64,000 nucleotides of DNA from an uncultured Candidatus Rokubacteria bacterium (lineage in GTDB: Bacteria; Methylomirabilota; Methylomirabilia; Rokubacteriales; DASRDR01), in NCBI GenBank assembly GCA_963805625.1, contig CAWDVE010000010.1:448001-512000 (forward strand), written 5' to 3'. A program made the position numbers and the translations under genes. The notes beneath the pieces are model-generated. The model did not search any database. It was not told the origin of the DNA and saw only the letters and a list, made by a program, of their open reading frames with translations. Within the stretch, counting starts at the first letter, position 1, and the number at the start of each line of letters is the position of its first letter. Shown here one piece after another: positions 50,818 through 60,074 of this stretch.

Positions 50818-52536
50818 TCAAGTGGCCGATGCAGGCTCCGGCGACAGCCCCGCGCGCTGGTGCTCGCGGACCAGGCCGGCCTTCCGCACGCCGACGTCGA
50901 GGTGGTCCCACGGCAGCGCCTCGCCCAGCGGACGCTCGCGGTGCGTGTAGAACTCGGCGTCGCCGCTCCACTCGCGGAGCGCCGTCCGCCAGTCGCCCTC
51001 GAGGCGCGCGGCCTCCTCGAGGAAGTCCGCGACCCTGCGATCCCCGCGGGCCAGGAGCGCCTGGAGGAGCGCCTCGCGCGGGTTCTCGTGGAGGACTCGC
51101 ACGTTGTGGAGGCGCCGGACCCCGGCCTTGATGGTCCGGAGCTTGACCTCCAGCCGGTTCACCGGATCGAAGGGGGCCCACTGGAACGGCGTCCACGGCT
51201 TCGGCACGAAGGAGCTGATCGACAGCGTCAGTCGGCCGAACGGCTCGCCCTGCCCCGACGGCACGCGCAGCCGCTCGAGAAGCCGCGTCGCAAGGTCGGG
51301 GATGGCCTCGATGTCCTCGTCCGTCTCGGTCGGGAGGCCGATCATGAAGTAGCATTTGAGATTCGGGATGCCGTGGGCGCGGACCAGCTCGCAGGCCTCG
51401 TAGAGCTGCGCATCGGAGATGTCCTTCCGGATCACGTGGCGAAGCCGCTCCGTGCCCGCCTCGGGCGCCACCGTGAGCGTTCGGTGCCCGCCCCGGCGGA
51501 GCGACGAGACGAGCTCCTCGGTGAGACTGTCGGCGCGGATCGAGGAGATAGAGACCTCGAGTCCTTCCTCCTCGAGCACCTTCATCAGACCACCGATCCA
51601 CGGATAGTCGGAGACGCACGCCCCGACCAGCCCGACGCGGTTCGAGTCCTTCTTGATCTCGCGGACCGTCTCCCGGAGCGTCTCGAGGCTCCGGTGGCGG
51701 ACGGGCCGGTATATCTGTCCCTCGAGGCAGAACCGGCAGCCCCGCCCGCATCCCTTCCCAACCTCGAGGAGGGCGAGGTGCCCGTACTCCGCATTCGGCG
51801 TCCGGAGGAGCGACATCGTCCGAAAGTCGTCGACCTTCTTGAGACGCCGCTTGGTCACGATGGCCGGCACGCCGGGCTCGGGCCGCACGGCGGCGATCGT
51901 GCCGTCGTCCTGGTAGGAGACGGCGTAGCGCTGCGGGACGTAGATCCCGGGGATCGGCGCCAGGCGGTCCAGGAGGTCGTCGCGCCGGCGGGCGGCGAGC
52001 GGCACCGTGCCGAAGGCCTCTCGGTAGGCGGCGACGATCTCCCCGACGATCTCCTCGCCCTCACCGACCACCACGAAGTCCATGAACGGGGCCACCGGCT
52101 CCGGGTTCGCGAAGGCGCACACGCCGCCCATCAGAATGACAGGGTCCGCGGGCTGGCGGTCCTCGGGCCGGAGCGGGATGCCGGCCATCCGGAGCAGCCT
52201 GAGGGTGTTGATGTAGTCCCCTTCGTACGTGATCGAGAATCCGACCAGGTCGAACTGGGCGAGCGGTCGCTTGGACTCGAGCGAGAAGGGTCCGGTACCG
52301 GTTCGCTGGTACTCCGGGAGGTCCTCCGGGTCGGGCAGGAACACGCGCTCGCAGACGACGTCGGGCAGCTCGTTCAGATGGCGGTAGATGGTCTGGAACC
52401 CGAGATTCGACATCCCGACCGCATAGGTGTTCGGATACACCAGCGCGAACGCGACGCGGCCTCCCCAATCCTTCCGGATGGTGCCGGTCTCCTGCGAGAG
52501 GAGGCGGTCAGCTTTTTCCTTCAGACTCCACGACAT
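50818..52536 (-). CDS. Radical SAM protein (TIGR03960-like N-terminal region)
   Basis: 'YPNTYAVGMSNLG', CGRGCRFC, 'APEAGTERLR', 'YFMIGLPTET', 'FVPKPWTPFQW'. Confidence 0.9.
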   Translation of the reverse strand: MSWSLKEKADRLLSQETGTIRKDWGGRVAFALVYPNTYAVGMSNLGFQTIYRHLNELPDVVCERVFLPDPEDLPEYQRTGTGPFSLESKRPLAQFDLVGFSITYEGDYINTLRLLRMAGIPLRPEDRQPADPVILMGGVCAFANPEPVAPFMDFVVVGEGEEIVGEIVAAYREAFGTVPLAARRRDDLLDRLAPIPGIYVPQRYAVSYQDDGTIAAVRPEPGVPAIVTKRRLKKVDDFRTMSLLRTPNAEYGHLALLEVGKGCGRGCRFCLEGQIYRPVRHRSLETLRETVREIKKDSNRVGLVGACVSDYPWIGGLMKVLEEEGLEVSISSIRADSLTEELVSSLRRGGHRTLTVAPEAGTERLRHVIRKDISDAQLYEACELVRAHGIPNLKCYFMIGLPTETDEDIEAIPDLATRLLERLRVPSGQGEPFGRLTLSISSFVPKPWTPFQWAPFDPVNRLEVKLRTIKAGVRRLHNVRVLHENPREALLQALLARGDRRVADFLEEAARLEGDWRTALREWSGDAEFYTHRERPLGEALPWDHLDVGVRKAGLVREHQRAGLSPEPASAT

Positions 52537-52545
52537 GCAGCTTCC

Positions 52546-52574
52546 AGCCTAACAGACGGTGGAAGAGGCGGCAA
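52546..52574 (-). promoter_or_regulatory. Sigma70-like promoter of the radical SAM gene
   Basis: TTGCCG-N17-TAGGCT with extended TG; ATG 9 nt after the -10. Confidence 0.55.
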
Positions 52575-52590
52575 GGAAGGCCAGTCCGGA

Positions 52591-54086
52591 TGCTGTTGGT
52601 CCATAAGAATGTCATGGGCTAACTGTTCAGTGAGAGTGTCACCCCATGCCGACATGGGAGCCTCTCACGATGAGTCGCAAGGAAGTCCCGCGGCCCGGCC
52701 TGCTCAAGGCGGCCCTGGCCGGGAAGTTCACCAATGCCGAGGGAGCCGGGGCCTTGCACCTGAGCGTCCGGCAGTTCATCCGGGTCAAGCATCGCTTCCA
52801 GGCCGCCGGGGCGTCGGGCCTGTGCCACCGCCTGCGGGGGCGACCCTCCCCCGCCGGCTGCCGGCCGACGTCCGGGCGCGGGTGGCGGCGCTCCTGCAGA
52901 CCACCTACCTCGATGTCAATGACTGCCACGCCACGGAGAAGCTGCGCGAGGTCGAGGGCCTCCGCGTCAGCCGGGCCTCCGTGCGGCGGATCCGCCGCGC
53001 CCTGGACCTGCCGGCCAAGCATCGCCGCCGGCCCCGCCAGCACCGGGCTCGCCGGACCCCGGAAGCCCGCATGGGCGTCCTCGTCCAGCTCGACGGCAGC
53101 CCCCACGCGTGGCTCGAAGACCGGGGCCCCGCCCTGACCCTCCACGGCGCGATCGACGACGCCACCGGCACGGTCCTGGCCCTGCACTTTCGGCCGACCG
53201 AGGACCTGCACGGCTACGCCACCGTGCTCCAGCAAATCGGTCTGGCCTACGGCCTCCCGCTGACCCTGTACGGCGATCGTTTCGGCGTTTTCGTCCGCAA
53301 CGACCCGCACTGGACGCTCGCGGAAGAACTCCAAGGCCACCAGCACCCCACCCATTTCGGCCAGATCCTCCGAGACCTCGCCATCGGCTTCCTGGCGGCG
53401 GGCTCCCCCCAGGCCAAGGGGCGCATCGAACGGCTCTGGCGCACCCTGCAAGATCGCCTCGTCGTCGAGCTCCGCCTGCGCGGGATCGCGACCCGCGCGG
53501 CGGCCAACGCCTTCCTCCCTGAGTTCCTCGCCGATTACAATGGCCGCTTCGCTCATCCCCCCACCGACGCCCACGCCGCCTGGCGGCCGCGGCCGCGGGA
53601 CTTCGCCGACCAACTCAGCTGCCGCTACACCCGCGTCGTCGCCCCCGACAACACCGTCCGCCTGGGGACCCGCTGGGCCCAGATCCCCCCCGGTCCTTCC
53701 GGCCGCTCCTCCGCGGGCCGCCGTGTCGACCTCCGCGAGTGTGTCGACGGCCGGCTCCTTGTCGTCCGCGCCGGCGGGCGACTCGTCAGTCAGCCCTCGC
53801 CGGGGCCTGATTTCGTCCTCACGCCCCGCAGCAAGCCCCACGCGGAGCGCACGCGTCGCCTACGCGCCTCCAGGACTGCGTCGGAGGAGGGGGGCCGCCA
53901 TCAGAGTATTCCCCAGAAACCGCCTGCGCGCCCCTCGGCGCGCCGCCTCACCCCGACCACCCAGACGGCTCGCCCCGCCGCCACGCATCCCTGGCGCCGC
54001 TCACTCAACCTCCGTCGCCACACCCCTCACACAGGGGTGACATTCTCACGGAACAGTTAGGGTGACATTTTCACTGGACAGCTACA
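52591..54086 (+). mobile_element. IS1202-like (ISNCY) insertion sequence, ~1.5 kb
   Basis: TG...CA ends; inner IRs ctaactgttcagtgagagtgtcacccc (52619-52645) and ggggtgacattctcacggaacagttag (54034-54060), 25/27 match, plus outer sub-repeats; 16-bp flanking direct repeat ggaaggccagtccgga (52575-52590, 54087-54102). Confidence 0.85.
52670..54060 (+). pseudogene. DDE transposase, frameshifted at a C run (52848-52852)
   Basis: N-terminal HTH 'LHLSVRQFIRV..RF...G..GL.H..RGRPS' in one frame; 'LVQLDGSPHAW', 'IDDATG', 'YGDR', 'SPQAKGRIER...TLQDRL' in another. Confidence 0.85.
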
Positions 54087-54123
54087 GGAAGGCCAGTCCG
54101 GAAGGCCAGTCCGGGGTAGTATC

Positions 54124-54753
54124 TCAGTTTGATTCTTCGTGACACTCGCCGCGCCAGCCCTCTAGCCCCTCTCGGACGGCCAGCGGCACAATAGCGAGCG
54201 CCGCGAACGGATCGGCCCACCACCAGCCGAACGCCGCGTTGAGAATCAGTCCAGCCAGCGTGGTTAGTGAGAGCCAGGAGCACGTAATCGTCTCGTAGGC
54301 ATCAGCACGAAGCGCGCTGCTGCGGAGCGCGGCAGCCGTCCGCAGTTTGGCCCATCCGAGGAACGGCATGATCACGAGCGAGATCGCCGTGAGCGTGATG
54401 CCGATCCTACTCTGGTGGGCCTCAGCCCCGTAGCCCAGGAGCCGCCGTCCGGCGTCGATGATGATATAGGCCGAGAGCGCGAGCAAGAGCGCCCCGGCGA
54501 TACGACCGGCGCCGCGTTCCAGGTCCTCGGCGCGCTCGTGATCGACCGGGCCGTTGAGTTCCGCTCTGAGATGCCAGCCGACGACGGCACCGCTCACCGT
54601 CTCCACGAATGAATCGACGCCAAAGCCAATGAGCGCCACCGACGATGCCAGCGCGCCCGCGCTGACGGCGATGACGCCCTCAACGATGTTCCAGCCCACC
54701 GTCGCCCATGCTAGCCAGACGCCGCGCCCCAGAAGGTGTTTGCGGTCAGTCAA
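54124..54753 (-). CDS. CDF-like cation transporter (TM domain only)
   Basis: 'WNIVEG', 'SVALIGFGVDSFVE', 'ALRADA', 'WWWADP', 'EG..GW.G.C'; six hydrophobic segments. Confidence 0.8.
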   Translation of the reverse strand: MTDRKHLLGRGVWLAWATVGWNIVEGVIAVSAGALASSVALIGFGVDSFVETVSGAVVGWHLRAELNGPVDHERAEDLERGAGRIAGALLLALSAYIIIDAGRRLLGYGAEAHQSRIGITLTAISLVIMPFLGWAKLRTAAALRSSALRADAYETITCSWLSLTTLAGLILNAAFGWWWADPFAALAIVPLAVREGLEGWRGECHEESN

Positions 54754-54799
54754 ACTGATACACCACCAGCCCGGGAAGCCGCGGGCTCACGCCAGTTTG

Positions 54800-55085
54800 T
54801 CACCCCTTCACGCCGCCGAGGGGCCAGAGGCGCGCGACGACCGGGAGAGCCTGGCCCGCGGCCTCCCTCAGCCGGGGGTGGTCCGGCGGGACAGCGCGCG
54901 TGGCGTCCTTCCGATGGAAGAGGAGGCGCTGGGTCCGGGTCTCCACCTCGTGCTCCTCCTCTTTGGCGATGTTGTGGGCCACGTCGTAGACGAGGCGCCG
55001 GCCCCGGGCCTGCATGCCGGCCCTCGCGTCCTGGGGAATGCGCCAGAGATGGCCAGAGATGGGAGGAGGCCTGCTCGACCTACAC
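54800..55085 (-). pseudogene. rtcB: Internally deleted rtcB remnant
   Basis: N-terminal 'HLWRIPQ...GMQARG', central '[15 protein letters not shown]...[12 protein letters not shown]', C-terminal '[12 protein letters not shown]' joined in ~290 bp; TAG at codon 2 and a 10-bp duplication (55042-55061). Confidence 0.75.
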
Positions 55086-55154
55086 GGAGAGTCTCGGGAT
55101 CACCCCGCCGCGCCCGGCAGCCGGGGCGAGGCGCTCGGGGCTGCTAGCCTAAGC

Positions 55155-56279
55155 CTACCGGCGCCCGGGCACCGGCGGTGCGGACTTCCGGGTGGCGACG
55201 TCCTGGGCCATGGAGAGCCGCTCGACCTCGACCTCGAAGTCAGTTTGGGAGGTCGCGGTGCGCCGGGCTTCCTCGTAGGAGACCATGCCCTTCTGGTACC
55301 ACTCGATCGCGCTCTGGTTGAACGACTGCATCCCGTACGTGTCCCGGCCTTCGGCGATCACCTGCGAGAGCTGGGCCGTGCGGCTCTGTTCCTCGATGCA
55401 TCGCTGGACGGTCAGCGTTCCGACGAGGATTTCCACCGCGGGGATGAGGCCGGGCTCGTCCGACCGCTGCATGAGCCGCTGCGAGATAACGCCCCGGAGA
55501 ACCTGCCCGAGCTGCTGACGGATCTGGCGCTCGTAGTCCGGTGGGAACTGCGAGACGATCCGGTTGACCGTCTCCGCCGCCGTGATCGTGTGAAGGGTCG
55601 AGAGGACGAGGTGGCCCGTCTCCGCCAACGTCAGCACCGCTGACATCGTCTCGAGGTCTCGCATCTCGCCGACCATGACCACGTTGGGGTCCTGGCGGAG
55701 ACAGATCCGGAGCGCCTCGGCGAATCCGGGCGCGTCCATCCCGACCTCGCGCTGGGTGATGATGCTGCTGCCGTCCTCGAACAGGTACTCGATCGGGTCC
55801 TCGATCGTCACGATGTGATCGGTCCGATTGTGGTTCATGTGGTTGACCATCGAGGCGAGCGTCGTCGTCTTGCCGGAGCCCGCGGGGCCGGTCACCAGGA
55901 CCAGTCCCCTGGGCTCCATGGCCAGCTTCGCCACGATCGGGGGAAGGTGGAGCTCCTCGAAGGTCGGCGGCTCGTACGGCACGACGCGGAGCGCGATGCC
56001 GATGTTGGCGCGAGCCCGGAAGATGCTCGCCCGGAATCGCCCGATCCCGGCCACGGTGTACTGCACGTCCACGCCACCGTCCCGGTCGAAGCGCTGACGC
56101 TGGAGGTTGTTGATCATCGCGCCGGCCATCTGCTCGAGGTCCTTCCCGTCGAGGAGCGGCCAGTTTTCCATGCGCATCAGGTGCCCGCGCACCCGGAGCA
56201 CGGGGTACTGTCGCGCCTTGAGATGGACGTCGGACGCGCCGAGGCTCATGGCCTCTCGCAGGACGCCGGCGAGCTCCAT
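55155..56279 (-). CDS. PilT/PilU-family type IV pilus retraction ATPase
   Basis: 'ASDVHL', GPAGSGKTT, 'TIEDPIE', 'LRQDP.V.MVGEMRD.ET', 'ETGHLVLSTLHT', 'GMQSF'; GGAGG RBS. Confidence 0.93.
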   Translation of the reverse strand: MELAGVLREAMSLGASDVHLKARQYPVLRVRGHLMRMENWPLLDGKDLEQMAGAMINNLQRQRFDRDGGVDVQYTVAGIGRFRASIFRARANIGIALRVVPYEPPTFEELHLPPIVAKLAMEPRGLVLVTGPAGSGKTTTLASMVNHMNHNRTDHIVTIEDPIEYLFEDGSSIITQREVGMDAPGFAEALRICLRQDPNVVMVGEMRDLETMSAVLTLAETGHLVLSTLHTITAAETVNRIVSQFPPDYERQIRQQLGQVLRGVISQRLMQRSDEPGLIPAVEILVGTLTVQRCIEEQSRTAQLSQVIAEGRDTYGMQSFNQSAIEWYQKGMVSYEEARRTATSQTDFEVEVERLSMAQDVATRKSAPPVPGRR

Positions 56280-56490
56280 CGTTCCTCCCTGCCTATTCCC
56301 GGGTGGGACTCGATTCGCCCGGCCGTGCGGGACGCCCGGCCGAGCTTAGAACGGACTCATTCTCGTCGCCGGTCCCCGTCGAAGTCAAGGTTTGCCGGGG
56401 TGCCCGAAACCCGTGCGAAGATAGCGGGCAGAGACGAGAGCGGACTGGGGCCCGAGCCCGAGCCCCCGGCCGCCTCCGCCCCAACACGCG

Positions 56491-56781
56491 ATGCCGCCCC
56501 TCAGGGTCCTCTTCCGCGCCGCTGGGCGCTCCGCCACCAGATGGATCGCGACGGTCTTCTTCGGGCTCACCCCGAACCTGGCTGCTGCGGACCACGGCGC
56601 GCCGGTGCTCCCTCCGCGAAGCGGTTTCGACTGGACGTCGTGGCTGCTGGTCGCAGGGGCGGTCGCCGCCGTCAGCCTGGCGGCGTGGGCGTTCTTCGCG
56701 CCCGATCGCACGGAGGCCCGCCCGGGAGCCATGGCGCCCGGCGGATCGGAGCCGGAGCCCCCGGACCCCACGACGCGATGA
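56491..56781 (+). CDS. Small hypothetical membrane protein
   Basis: Possible signal peptide ending AAA-DHG, one TM helix, Pro-rich tail; directly upstream of the CopD fusion. Confidence 0.5.
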   Translation: MPPLRVLFRAAGRSATRWIATVFFGLTPNLAAADHGAPVLPPRSGFDWTSWLLVAGAVAAVSLAAWAFFAPDRTEARPGAMAPGGSEPEPPDPTTR

Positions 56782-56839
56782 TCTGCGTCGCCGCGCGCGC
56801 ATGGCCGGGCGCCGGCCTCCTCGTCCCCTGATCTCGTTC

Positions 56840-58879
56840 ATGGGGACTGCTGCGATCGCCGTACGCTGGCTCTACACGGCCGGGGCCGTCTCGCTCGTCG
56901 GCGCCTTCGCGTCGCTCGTCCTGGTGGCGCGCCCCGCGGCTCGCGCCGCAGGCGACGTCGGGCGCGAGCGGCTTCGGGAGCTGGACATCCGCCTTCTCGC
57001 GCTCGGCGGGGCCGCTCTCGCAGTGACCGTCGGAGCTGGGGTGCTCGACCTCTGGCGCCAGGTTGGGGTGGCCACGGGCGCGGGCGCCTGGGAGAGCCTG
57101 GAGCGTAGCCGTCTCCTGTCCGTCCTTGTCGACACCCGCTACGGCACGGTCTGGCTCGCGCGGATGGGACTGCTGGCCCTCCTGGGGGCACTGCTTCTCC
57201 TGACGGGCGAGGATCGCGAGCGTGACTGGCTCGCGCTGCGCCTTCAGGCTCTCGCCCTGGCGGTAGCCAGCCTGGTCCTCGGCGCCATGGCCGGGCACGC
57301 CGCCGCCGCCGAGAGCAGCACACTTGCGATGGCCCTCGATGGGCTCCACCTCCTGGCCACCGGCGTGTGGGCTGGCGGCCTCGTCCCGCTCGGTCTCTGC
57401 CTCACATGGGCGCGCCGCCTTCCGAGCTCCGCCGCCGCTGCCAAGGCGGCCGAGCGCTTCTCGAGAATGGGCCTGGGCACCGTGACGGTTCTCACTGCGA
57501 CCGGGACCTACGCCGCCTGGCAGCAAGTAGGCGGAGTGCCTGCCTTCGTCGGGACCGCGTACGGGCGCTGGCTCCTCCTGAAGCTGGTCCTCTTCGGAGC
57601 GCTCCTTGCCCTGGCGGCGCGAAACCTGCTCGTCTGGCGTCGCCGGCTTGCGACATCGGGCCCTGGGACACCGGAGGCGGTGGCCGCGCTCCGGAGCAAC
57701 GTGCTTCTGGAGGCGGCGCTGGTTGCGGGGATCCTCGTCGTCGTGGCGGTGATCGGCCTCACCACCCCGGGACAGCACGACGAGATCGCGTGGCCGCTGT
57801 CGTTCCGGTTCGACTGGGCGGCCACTAAGGCGCTCCCCGGGGTCCAGACTCGCGTCGCGATCGGGAGCCAGGTGGCGACCCTTGGACTGGTGGCACTGCT
57901 GCTGGTGCTGGTGATCCGGCCCCGGCGCTGGCGCGTGGCCGCGCTCGGTGGGGGCATCGCGCTGGCCCTTGGCGCCGTGCTGGCGCTCCATCCGCTGGCC
58001 GTCGACGCGTACCCCGCGACGTACGTGCGGCCCGCGGTGCCGTATGCGGCCGCCTCCATCGTGCAGGGCGAGGGCCTCTACCGGACGCACTGCCAGGCGT
58101 GCCACGGGGTCGCCGGCTACGGAGACGGACCGGCGAGCGTGGGTCTTCCCCGCCCACCCGCGGACCTCACGGCCCAGCACGCGGCGGACCACACAGCGGG
58201 CGATCTCTTCTGGTGGCTCACCCGTGGCATCCCGGGCTCCGGCATGCCGGGCGTCGCCGACCAGCTCACACCCGAGGCGCGCTGGGATGTGATCAACTTC
58301 GTGCGTGCCCTCGGCGCGGCCGAGCGCTCCCGGGACCTCGGTCCGATCGCCACCGTGCGACCGGCTGCGGTCGCCCCGGATTTCACGTTCACGACGGGAG
58401 TGGGTGAGGGGCGCGCGCTGCGGGATTGGCGCGGCCGCGGGATCGTGCTGCTGGTCTTTTTCACACTGCCCGACTCCGTCGATCGCCTCGTGGAACTGAA
58501 CCGCCTCTCGGTTGCGCTGAAGCTTCGCGGCGGCGAGATCCTGGGCGTGCCGCTCGGGGATCCGGCAGGCGTGTACCGCGCTCTCGGCGGCCGGACCGTC
58601 TTCTTCCCGATAGCCATCGACGGCGCGGCGGAGGCCGGGGCGGCCTACATGCAGTTCCGGCGCGATCTGACGGCCGAGGGGCTCAGACCGGAACCTCCGC
58701 CGGCCCGGCACATGGAGCTCCTCGTCGACCGCCAGGGCTACCTCAGGGCTCGCTGGATCCCGCGGCGTCTCGGCCAGGACACGGATGGCTGGGCCGACCT
58801 CGGACCGCTTCTCGCCGAGATCGACCGGCTGGCGCGCGAGGTTCCGGTCGCCCCCCTGGCGGCTGAGCACGTGCACTGA
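56840..58879 (+). CDS. CopD-family membrane protein fused to cytochrome c and a redoxin-like domain
   Basis: CopD motifs 'TRYG.VW', 'AGHAAA', 'LHLLATGVWAGGL', 'RFS', 'YGRWLLLK'; heme site CQACHG..G.GDG with 'GSGMP'; 'APDFTF...LRDWRG..VLLVF...LLVDRQGYLRARW'. Confidence 0.85.
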   Translation: MGTAAIAVRWLYTAGAVSLVGAFASLVLVARPAARAAGDVGRERLRELDIRLLALGGAALAVTVGAGVLDLWRQVGVATGAGAWESLERSRLLSVLVDTRYGTVWLARMGLLALLGALLLLTGEDRERDWLALRLQALALAVASLVLGAMAGHAAAAESSTLAMALDGLHLLATGVWAGGLVPLGLCLTWARRLPSSAAAAKAAERFSRMGLGTVTVLTATGTYAAWQQVGGVPAFVGTAYGRWLLLKLVLFGALLALAARNLLVWRRRLATSGPGTPEAVAALRSNVLLEAALVAGILVVVAVIGLTTPGQHDEIAWPLSFRFDWAATKALPGVQTRVAIGSQVATLGLVALLLVLVIRPRRWRVAALGGGIALALGAVLALHPLAVDAYPATYVRPAVPYAAASIVQGEGLYRTHCQACHGVAGYGDGPASVGLPRPPADLTAQHAADHTAGDLFWWLTRGIPGSGMPGVADQLTPEARWDVINFVRALGAAERSRDLGPIATVRPAAVAPDFTFTTGVGEGRALRDWRGRGIVLLVFFTLPDSVDRLVELNRLSVALKLRGGEILGVPLGDPAGVYRALGGRTVFFPIAIDGAAEAGAAYMQFRRDLTAEGLRPEPPPARHMELLVDRQGYLRARWIPRRLGQDTDGWADLGPLLAEIDRLAREVPVAPLAAEHVH

Positions 58880-58907
58880 GCCACGTAAGCCTGCGGGCGG
58901 ACGCCGA

Positions 58908-59285
58908 ATGATGCGGCTCTGGAAGGTCGTGCTGCTGCTGAATCTCGCGCTCGCGGTGGGGGTGGGTCTGGGCTACCTCCGGTGGGCACGCGAGGTCCGG
59001 GGCCTGCGGGACGAGGTCGCGCGGCTCCGCGCGGAGGCAACCCGACCGAACCCCCAGTCGTGGACGGTCCGCGGCATCGTGCGCTCGATGATTCCAAAGC
59101 TCGGCGCCATCTTCCTCACGCACGAGGCGATGCCCGGGCTCATGGACGCGATGACCATGGGCTTCGAGGCCGAGGATCCAAAGCTCCTGGACGGCCTCGC
59201 GCCGGGAGACTCCGTGCGCTTCACCGTCCGGAGGGACGGCGAGCGGCTCGTGCTCGTCAAGATCGAAAAGACGCGAGTGCCGTGA
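58908..59285 (+). CDS. CusF-like copper-binding protein, membrane-anchored
   Basis: 'LTHEAMPGLMDAMTMGF', 'GL.PGD.VRFT'; N-terminal TM. Confidence 0.82.
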   Translation: MMRLWKVVLLLNLALAVGVGLGYLRWAREVRGLRDEVARLRAEATRPNPQSWTVRGIVRSMIPKLGAIFLTHEAMPGLMDAMTMGFEAEDPKLLDGLAPGDSVRFTVRRDGERLVLVKIEKTRVP

Positions 59286-59701
59286 CGTCTCGCAACTGGG
59301 TGGGTCTGCTTGCCGCCGGCGGCCTGGCCATCGCGCTCGGTGGCGGGACGGCGGCCCACGCGATTCACGTCTCCACCGACGTCCCGCTGTCCATTGCGTC
59401 CGAGGACGTCCAGCGATACCGGGAAGCCGGCGAGGACGTTGTGGTGATCGACCTCCGCACACCGGAAGCCTTCCGGGCCGGCCACGTGCCCCGTGCGAGG
59501 TCCTTGCCCCTGGGGGAGGTTCGACAGCGTGAGGCGGAGATCCCGCGCACCGGCCGGGTGGTCCTCTATGCCGGCACGCCCGAGGAGGCGGCAGCCGCCT
59601 ACCAGGCGCTGCGAGAGGCGGGACACCGGAACGTCATGGTGCTGACGGGCGGGCTTCCCGCGTGGGTGCGCCTCGGATTCCCGGTGGAGACGGGGCGATG
59701 A
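59282..59701 (+). CDS. Exported rhodanese-like protein without cysteine
   Basis: 'IDLRT..AF..GHVPRA', 'VVLYAG' (Cys replaced by Ala), 'LTGGL.AW...G.PV'; signal peptide ending AHA; GTGA-coupled. Confidence 0.8.
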   Translation: MTSRNWVGLLAAGGLAIALGGGTAAHAIHVSTDVPLSIASEDVQRYREAGEDVVVIDLRTPEAFRAGHVPRARSLPLGEVRQREAEIPRTGRVVLYAGTPEEAAAAYQALREAGHRNVMVLTGGLPAWVRLGFPVETGR

Positions 59702-60069
59702 GCCGCGATCACCGGGGCCTGCTGGGGCACCACGGGGCCGTTGTCGTCGTGCTGGCGCTGGCCCTGGCGACCCGGCTGGCGATGGCTCAGGCGCCGGGCG
59801 GCGCCATTGAGGAGCAGGTGCTCGTCGACAACGATACGGTGCGCGTGGCGCTCCTCATGTTCCCGCCCGGCTCCGCGTCGGGCGAGCACGTGGGCCTCGA
59901 CCCGGAGCTCGGCATCGTCCTCGAGGGCGAGCTGACCCTCCTCACGCCCGCCGGCCGCGAGGTGCTCGGCCCGGGTCGGGTCCGCTGGCTCCCGGCCCTT
60001 GTGCCGCACGACGCGCGCAACGAAGGCTCCCTGCCCCTCAGGCTCTGGGTCGTTCTGGTGAAGCGTTGA
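59698..60069 (+). CDS. Exported cupin-domain protein
   Basis: Signal peptide ending AMA-Q; 'FPPG..SGEH', 'E..IVLEG.L', 'VPHDARN'; ATGA-coupled. Confidence 0.78.
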   Translation: MSRDHRGLLGHHGAVVVVLALALATRLAMAQAPGGAIEEQVLVDNDTVRVALLMFPPGSASGEHVGLDPELGIVLEGELTLLTPAGREVLGPGRVRWLPALVPHDARNEGSLPLRLWVVLVKR

Positions 60070-60074
60070 CCGTC

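Noticed and set aside
50749-54060. 1103-aa plus-strand ORF that looks like a giant transposase fusion
   Set aside because: The first ~600 codons are antisense to the radical SAM gene; only the part after ~52850 is transposase
54087-54112. Repeated ggaaggccagtcc as a possible CRISPR repeat
   Set aside because: Only 13 bp, no spacers, no cas genes; explained by the IS target site
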